Of a stretch of DNA of 64,000 nucleotides, positions 59,769 through 64,000 are shown piece after piece. This DNA is from Candidatus Bathyarchaeota archaeon (GTDB lineage: Archaea; Thermoproteota; Bathyarchaeia; 40CM-2-53-6): positions 512,001 to 576,000 of the forward strand of contig CAVTBR010000001.1 of NCBI GenBank assembly GCA_963733055.1, written 5' to 3'. Below the pieces are notes generated by a model that was not told the origin of the DNA, did not search any database, and saw nothing but the letters and a program-made list of their open reading frames with translations. Both the position numbers and the translations under genes were made by a program. Every line of letters begins with the position of its first letter. Within the stretch, counting starts at the first letter, position 1.

Positions 59769-60459
59769 GGCATTTAGTGATGAGAATGCCTTTCTCAGAA
59801 AGAACGAAAAACCGTCCAGTGGGTTAAGAATGGACCTAGACGACAGAACTCTCATCAAAACCGCGTACCTCCTACAACTCCAGCACGGCCCCTTCACCGC
59901 AAAGACCTTCCGCGACACCATCAAACACGACACCCTTGCGGATCTAATATCCTCAAAATATCTGCTACAGCACCGGAACGGTTCTGAAACTCGCTACACG
60001 TTATCCGAAGAAGGCCGCAAGCTAATCAAAGTCGTGTTGGCGGGTGGCGTATATGATGTTCTTCACGTAGGGCACTTGGCGGCACTCACGGAGGCGAAGT
60101 CGCTCGGTGATGTTCTTGTCGTGGTTGTTGCTACTGACATTACGGTCGAGACGTTGAAGGGGCGGAAACCGGTGGTGCCGGAAGAGGATCGGCGTGCTCT
60201 TGTCGAGGGGCTGAAACCCGTGGACGTAGCCATCTTGGGGTACGAAGATGTTGGCTTCGGCTTTGAACAAGTCTTAGGTGAGGTGAAACCGGATATGGTA
60301 GCCTTTGGCTACGATCAGGAAAATCTGGAAAAGACGGTTGTTGAAATTATTCAGCGGCATCGGTTGGGGATTAAGGTGGTTAGGTTGTCGCGGTTTGACA
60401 ATGAGAAGTATGCGAGTTCTAGTTTGTTGAGGCAGAAGCTTTCTGAGGAACTGAGCTAA
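59758..60459 (+). CDS. ribL: Archaeal FAD synthetase (cytidylyltransferase family) with N-terminal extension
   Basis: GGVYDVLHVGH, LVVVVA.D, LKPVD, PD..A.GYDQ and SSS motifs. Confidence 0.85.
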   Translation: MSSKAFSDENAFLRKNEKPSSGLRMDLDDRTLIKTAYLLQLQHGPFTAKTFRDTIKHDTLADLISSKYLLQHRNGSETRYTLSEEGRKLIKVVLAGGVYDVLHVGHLAALTEAKSLGDVLVVVVATDITVETLKGRKPVVPEEDRRALVEGLKPVDVAILGYEDVGFGFEQVLGEVKPDMVAFGYDQENLEKTVVEIIQRHRLGIKVVRLSRFDNEKYASSSLLRQKLSEELS

Positions 60460-61132
60460 ACGCCCTCACCTTCACAGCGTCCCCGTCCTTAATTCGAAGC
60501 GCCTTCCTCAAATACTCACTTGAAATAATCTCAACCACATCACCCTGGTAGTGCGTTCGGACGGGGGAGATTAGGGCGCAGGGAATTTTGTCCGCGACCC
60601 TTCCATGAAAACACTTAGCGGGGCCAAAACTCCTGTTGCCATCCGTAAATCCCTCGATAAGTATGAAAGGCGAGGCCTCAAGCATCCGCACTTCCTCCTG
60701 GTACTCTTTCCGCACTCTAAGGTTCAAGGTGCCGGGGTAGGGTTCGAAACCTAGCTTCGCAACAAACTGCTTCCTGTACCCCTCTTGGTTCACGTAATAA
60801 GCCCCCTCTCCGAGACCAGAGAACAGAGTCCCTTCAAAGACCAGTTCAGTCTTCTTCATCTCAAACGCCCGTTTGAGCGTCAGGAACATGTTATCGAGAT
60901 GCTTGACACCGGTCGGCGTGATTTTTATTGATTCACGGCGGCCCAGCCTTACTCTGTGAATGAGCCCCATCTTCTCCAGTTCGATAAGGTGCCGGGATGC
61001 TGTTTGCTGGGACACGCTTAGAAGTTTCGCGAGTTCGGTGGTGGTGAAGATTACTTCATCCGGGTAAGCGCCTACCTCTATGAGCTTGTAGAGGGTTATG
61101 AGGAGGCTTGGTTTGATTTCTTGATTCGCCAT
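60419..61132 (-). CDS. ribK: CTP-dependent riboflavin kinase with wHTH (RbkR type)
   Basis: SQQTASRHL..LE, SGLGEG.YY, PYPGTLN and RTH motifs. Confidence 0.92.
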   Translation of the reverse strand: MANQEIKPSLLITLYKLIEVGAYPDEVIFTTTELAKLLSVSQQTASRHLIELEKMGLIHRVRLGRRESIKITPTGVKHLDNMFLTLKRAFEMKKTELVFEGTLFSGLGEGAYYVNQEGYRKQFVAKLGFEPYPGTLNLRVRKEYQEEVRMLEASPFILIEGFTDGNRSFGPAKCFHGRVADKIPCALISPVRTHYQGDVVEIISSEYLRKALRIKDGDAVKVRAFSSVPQKASASTN

Positions 61133-61760
61133 TTTTCCTTCGTTACCTCTTCATGAGCTAACCTGATCGGGACCGGACCATGTGATGTGAGGCAGTGCTT
61201 GACAAGCTTAACCACGTCTTTCAAGGATATCTTGTGCCCCACACTGACATAGATGGTCTTCCCACTCCCCGGCAGAACCATACTCTCAGCTATCAGGCGA
61301 CCACGCTCATCCAACACACGATTCCCTTCCACTGAACCATAAAGTAGATTCTTCGCCACACCAATGGTAGGGCGGTCCAGAGCTAGGCCAACGAAACAGG
61401 CTAAACCAAACTTCCTCGGGTGAGCGCACCCATGAGCATCCACCATGCACACGAAGGAGCTAGCCCTCAGGTTGTGAATGGCTCGGAGCACCAGGGCCCT
61501 TCCCTGAACGCGAGAAGCCCTGGGATGTATGGGAACCTGGTGCGCTCCTTGATGGTTTTGATTCTTAGAGGTTGGAGGGTGTTGTAATCCGTCAGCACCG
61601 CTGCGGCTACGGTTGTTCCGTTGAAGTAGGTTGCGTCACAGCCGACCAGAGAAGTCAGTTTTGTTGGAAGGTCGCTTGTTTCTTCGACCTGTGGCGCAAG
61701 CCTTTCTTGCATTGCCGCTGCTTTTTTCGGGGAAATTTCCTTCGGTATCCTAATTCGCAT
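61096..61760 (-). CDS. nfi: Endonuclease V (frameshift near 61495)
   Basis: GCDA.Y, FPYIPGLLAFRE, VD.HG.AHPR.FGLA, IGVAK and YVSVGH motifs. Confidence 0.92.
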
Positions 61761-62445
61761 GTCGGCCGCTTTTTAGTTGCTTGGAATTAGCCCCGAGCTT
61801 CCGTTCTACACTTCTCAGTGCACGTTCCAATGAGACTCGGCGAAGATCGGTTGCTACGTCGCCGCGGGTGGATTCCAAGATTCTTCGGGACGCGTCAAGT
61901 TTGTGGCGAAAGTTTGGAAGAATCGAGGTTCGGTCCAAGGACATGAGGTCTTCGTAGAGGCCTTCCATGGTTGAGAGGAGCTTCTGCGCTTCCTCGGCTT
62001 CCCCCCGCCGCAACGAGTCCAGAATCAGCCTCCGCATCTCCCCAATGAAGTCGAGCATGCCGAGGAGGTAGGCTGTGCTGCCCGTCCCAACCTCCTTCAA
62101 GGAAGCAATCGCCCCGCTTTTCTTCAGTTGAAAGAGAAGTTTGGCTTCTGCGTATTCTTGGAAGGCAACAAGCACCTGCCCGAATTGTGGGAGTTCGGAG
62201 TGTGCGGAGAGGAGAGTTTGAAGGTCGTCGAGGGATTGCTTGGCTTCGGTTATTGTCTTACTCGCTTGCGATAGGTTTCCGCGGTGAACCTGTATGATTG
62301 CCCAGCTGCACAACCTCGTTGTGCTTCTGGTTAGGGTCTGGAGTTCTTCCCGTGCCTTGTCGTAGGATAATAGTTCCGCTTGAATTTGGTGCATGTCGGC
62401 CTTTGACAGCATAAGCGTTCGCTGCGCGCTAGCGGAATCCTGCAA
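61750..62445 (-). CDS. Translin/TRAX (C3PO-like) family protein
   Basis: REE, QEYAEA, YLLG.LD..GE.RR and R.KLD motifs. Confidence 0.88.
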   Translation of the reverse strand: MQDSASAQRTLMLSKADMHQIQAELLSYDKAREELQTLTRSTTRLCSWAIIQVHRGNLSQASKTITEAKQSLDDLQTLLSAHSELPQFGQVLVAFQEYAEAKLLFQLKKSGAIASLKEVGTGSTAYLLGMLDFIGEMRRLILDSLRRGEAEEAQKLLSTMEGLYEDLMSLDRTSILPNFRHKLDASRRILESTRGDVATDLRRVSLERALRSVERKLGANSKQLKSGRHAN

Positions 62446-62466
62446 TTAAACGGATAGAAACCGGGT

Positions 62467-63082
62467 CTACTTCAGGGACGCTTCGTGTTCTTCGCGTATT
62501 CCGCTGCTGGTTATGATGAGCATGTCGAGTCCTTCCCCGCTGCCGATGTCTCTCGCTGAGGCGGCTTTCACGGCCTTACGAACCAAGCCTTTGGCGTCTT
62601 CAACCGCCATGCCTTCTTTGAAGTCTGTTTCGAGGAGACCCATTGCAATCTCCGACCCCGAGCCGATCGCGGTGAACTTGTCCTCAATCACTGAACCTAA
62701 GGGGTCTAAGACGAATAATCTCGGCCCGGCTTCGTCCATGCCGCCGACGATCGTTTGTGCGATGTATGGGAAGTATCGGCGTTCGAAGAGCATGCTGCCC
62801 ATCAGTTTGGCCGACGGTTCGGACGGTGATGCTTTGCTCACGCTCGAACGAGTATAGGTTTAGGTAGGCTCCGACTTCGCGTGTGAGGATTTGCATGTCG
62901 GCTACTATGCCGGCGCAAGCGGCGCCTATTTTATCAGCGATCTTGAAAACCTTCTTTCCACTCTTGCTCATGACGAAGTAACCGTACGTGACTCTGCGTT
63001 CGGCGGCGAGGATCACGCCGTCCTTACAAACTACGCCGACGGTTGTCGCGCCGGGTAAGTAGTATTCGCTCAATTGATACAC
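62467..63082 (-). CDS. psmB: Second proteasome beta subunit, GATT type (frameshift near 62815)
   Basis: PGATTVG, KKVF, AG.VAD, LDPLGS, GSGS and RD..SG motifs. Confidence 0.9.
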
Positions 63083-63165
63083 CCAATTGACGAAAACCGT
63101 CGCAGACGCTCTAATAAGGGCTTAGTACTCCAAAACCCAGTCACAGACATATCAGAGGAAAAACC

Positions 63166-63438
63166 GTGGTTCATCCTCTCAAGAATGTTCTCAACCGACT
63201 TCGCTGGGATGCCGAGGAGAAACCTGAGGACTACATGATTACCTATCGGCATAGGGGTGCACCGGGGGACGTGAAGATTCTTCGTGCGTCGGGCATCAAG
63301 AGGCTGGGTAAATCTTACTTCACCATTCAAGAAGTTCCCGGGGCGGATGAAACTCTGATTCCCTTTCACAGAATCCTCGAAATCCGCAACACCATCGATG
63401 ACTCTATCATCTGGGTAAGCCGGAAAAGTCGGGGGTGA
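63166..63438 (+). CDS. DUF504 / MJ1316-like RNA repair domain protein
   Basis: LNRLRWD, Y.HRGAP and IPFHRI motifs. Confidence 0.88.
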   Translation: MVHPLKNVLNRLRWDAEEKPEDYMITYRHRGAPGDVKILRASGIKRLGKSYFTIQEVPGADETLIPFHRILEIRNTIDDSIIWVSRKSRG

Positions 63439-63578
63439 TGAAAGGAGAATTGTTAGCTGGCACATACTGCGGTTTTTGCGGCCGCCCTTTGGAAACCCCG
63501 CTCAAAACTTGCTCCAGGTGTGGAAACACTATGTGTGAAACTTGCTTGGATGAGCATCAGAAGACTTGTGCGAAGTAG
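63438..63578 (+). CDS. 46-aa zinc-finger microprotein (AN1/B-box-like)
   Basis: CGFC-x10-CSRC-x4-CETC-x3-H-x3-C; ATG overlaps the upstream TGA. Confidence 0.65.
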   Translation: MKGELLAGTYCGFCGRPLETPLKTCSRCGNTMCETCLDEHQKTCAK

Positions 63579-63708
63579 AGTTGGAATGGGATGAACGTTT
63601 TCAGTCACATGAATCTTGCACCATTTCGCAAGTGTGAGCGACTTGATGCTGTAGGGTTCAAACTAAACTAGAAATATCAGGGTTTCTTGATGCTGATCAC
63701 GATTCTCT

Positions 63709-64000
63709 GTGAAGGAAAACTTCGATTTTGTGAAGACACCAATCGATTCCCCTCAAGGCCGGGCCGAATATTTCAATCTCAAGAAATTGAAAGAGATAGG
63801 CTGCGATCTGGAAAAACTACCCTACTCGATTAGGGTTCTTCTTGAGAACACGCTTCGATCATCCGGGAAGGTTGCGAGCGCCAAGGAGACAGCGTATAGG
63901 CTGGCTGAGTGGCCGAAGACCATCGGCGAAGAATTGCCTTTCATGCCTTACCGTGTTCTTCTGCAGGACTACACCGGCGTCCCACTCATTGTTGATTTGG
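63709..64000 (+). CDS. acnA: Aconitate hydratase A (partial, runs off window end)
   Basis: LPYSIRVLLEN and PF.P.RVLLQDYTGVP.IVDL. Confidence 0.92.
   Translation, partial: MKENFDFVKTPIDSPQGRAEYFNLKKLKEIGCDLEKLPYSIRVLLENTLRSSGKVASAKETAYRLAEWPKTIGEELPFMPYRVLLQDYTGVPLIVDL

Overview
Archaeal chromosomal window; the gene content (Lsm-rpl37e, aCPSF1/FttA, proteasome beta subunits, dph5, RbkR-type riboflavin kinase, arcadin-1-like protein, multi-intron tRNA) suggests a TACK lineage, probably Bathyarchaeia (inference). The right half (~29-64 kb) is mostly housekeeping. It includes aCPSF1 with a 507-aa LAGLIDADG intein, a tRNA-Lys(CTT) with three non-canonical introns, and a candidate structured RNA after rpl37e. 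The left half (~5-28.5 kb) is a patchwork of short, functionally unrelated genes in mixed orientation. These are separated by about 18 copies of a 28-bp imperfect palindrome with an 11-6-11 layout (consensus GTGTGTGGATC-TAATGG-TGCGCACACAC); between 19.1 and 27.2 kb there is one gene per interval. Two copies are fused to a tRNA-3'-end mimic (GGTTCAAATC-N8-CGCACCA, exact tRNA spacing). I propose this is a candidate archaeal gene-cassette (dif-module-like) site-specific recombination array. No recombinase is encoded in the window, so the mechanism is inference. At least eight single-base frameshifts in conserved genes point to indel errors in the assembly.
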